Assembly: GCA_964016885.1 (NCBI GenBank)
Contig: CAXHJY010000105.1
Coordinates: forward strand, 496,001 to 560,000
Length of the DNA stretch: 64,000 nt
Direction: 5' to 3'
From: Eledone cirrhosa
Lineage: Eukaryota
Part shown: positions 63,901 to 64,000 of the stretch, piece by piece
Layout of the letters: each line of letters starts with the position of its first letter
How positions within the stretch are numbered: the stretch's first letter is position 1
Position numbers and translations under genes: made by a program
Notes under the pieces: generated by a model
Database searches by the model: none
Told to the model about the DNA's origin: nothing
The model's input: only the letters and a program-made list of their open reading frames with translations

Positions 63901-64000
63901 AAAACCCTTGACCTAACATAAGGATACAGAAGAATTGACCTAACATAAGGATACAGAACCCTTGACCTGACATAAGTATACAGAACACTTGACCTAACAT

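Larger units (their letters stand above)
1..64000. repeat. 27-bp satellite / tandem repeat array, consensus GACCTAACATAAGGATACAGAAC(A/C)CTT, ~2,400 monomers, open at both window ends
   Basis: The monomer recurs continuously from the first to the last base in one orientation. Two major types end in GAACACTT or GAACCCTT, and a third common type ends in GAACACCT. Recurrent length variants are 25 bp (TAACAAGG), 28 bp (TAAATATAAGG), 26 bp (CAGAAACTT) and 24 bp (CATAATACAG). Confidence 0.99.
49200..64000. repeat. Domain V: mosaic region with irregular higher-order repeats
   Basis: Domain-I markers return (GATCACCGG at 51966, 52153, 53121, 56017, 62604; TCACATTAGG near 50555, 52485, 54359, 56619, 57452, 60300, 61517, 63538). 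They are mixed with abundant CAAAACACTT and CATAGGG monomers at irregular spacing. Confidence 0.75.

Noticed and set aside
374-64000. Hundreds of minus-strand ORFs (MLGQVFCIL / YPYVRSSVL repeats, up to 459 aa) as protein-coding genes
   Set aside because: They are the automatic translation of a 27-bp unit. Two frames overlap throughout, 25/26/28-bp monomers frameshift them every few hundred bases, and there is no unique N- or C-terminal sequence or recognisable domain.
1-64000. CRISPR array (repeat length of 27 bp is in range)
   Set aside because: There are no unique spacers. Monomers abut directly, the variable window is ~5 nt with a few recurring states, and no leader or cas genes are present.
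1-64000. Telomerase-made long telomeric repeat (as in budding yeasts) or reverse-transcriptase/rolling-circle concatemer, including amplification artefact
   Set aside because: Copying from one short template would give uniform units with independent errors. Here multi-variant haplotypes are inherited in kb-scale nested blocks, which indicates genomic duplication over time.
1-64000. Mobile elements, tRNA/rRNA/ncRNA genes, inversions or terminators hidden in the array
   Set aside because: No non-monomer sequence longer than 8 bp and no reverse-orientation monomers were seen on reading the whole window.
1-64000. Hairpin/cruciform from the dyad CCTAACATAAGG, and a CArG-like CCTAACAAGG in 25-bp monomers
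   Set aside because: There are only 3 contiguous complementary pairs, and the CArG match has an internal C. Both are too weak to claim structure or binding.

Overview
The whole 64 kb window is one uninterrupted, head-to-tail tandem array (satellite DNA) of a 27-bp monomer, consensus GACCTAACATAAGGATACAGAAC(A/C)CTT. It holds roughly 2,400 copies at about 37% GC, with an A-rich + strand. I found no unique sequence, inversion, transposon insertion, RNA gene or credible CDS. The many minus-strand ORFs are by-products of the monomer: the + strand has a stop in all three frames, while the - strand has two open frames, (MLGQVFCIL)n and (YPYVRSSVL)n. The real structure lies in the variant pattern, which defines five domains. 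(I) 1-~31.7 kb: about 11 copies of a variable-length higher-order repeat (1.9-4.9 kb) with nested private variants. (II) ~31.8-37.8 kb: a homogenised, nearly binary tract plus a near-perfect 2,506-bp tandem duplication. (III) ~37.9-39.3 kb: a short transitional tract. (IV) ~39.4-49.2 kb: a distinct, more diverged higher-order family. (V) ~49.2-64 kb: a mosaic that reuses domain-I markers and contains 350-bp and ~2-2.5-kb duplications. The array looks eukaryotic (centromeric, pericentromeric or subtelomeric), but I cannot name the organism or satellite family from sequence alone. Functional ideas below are inference only.
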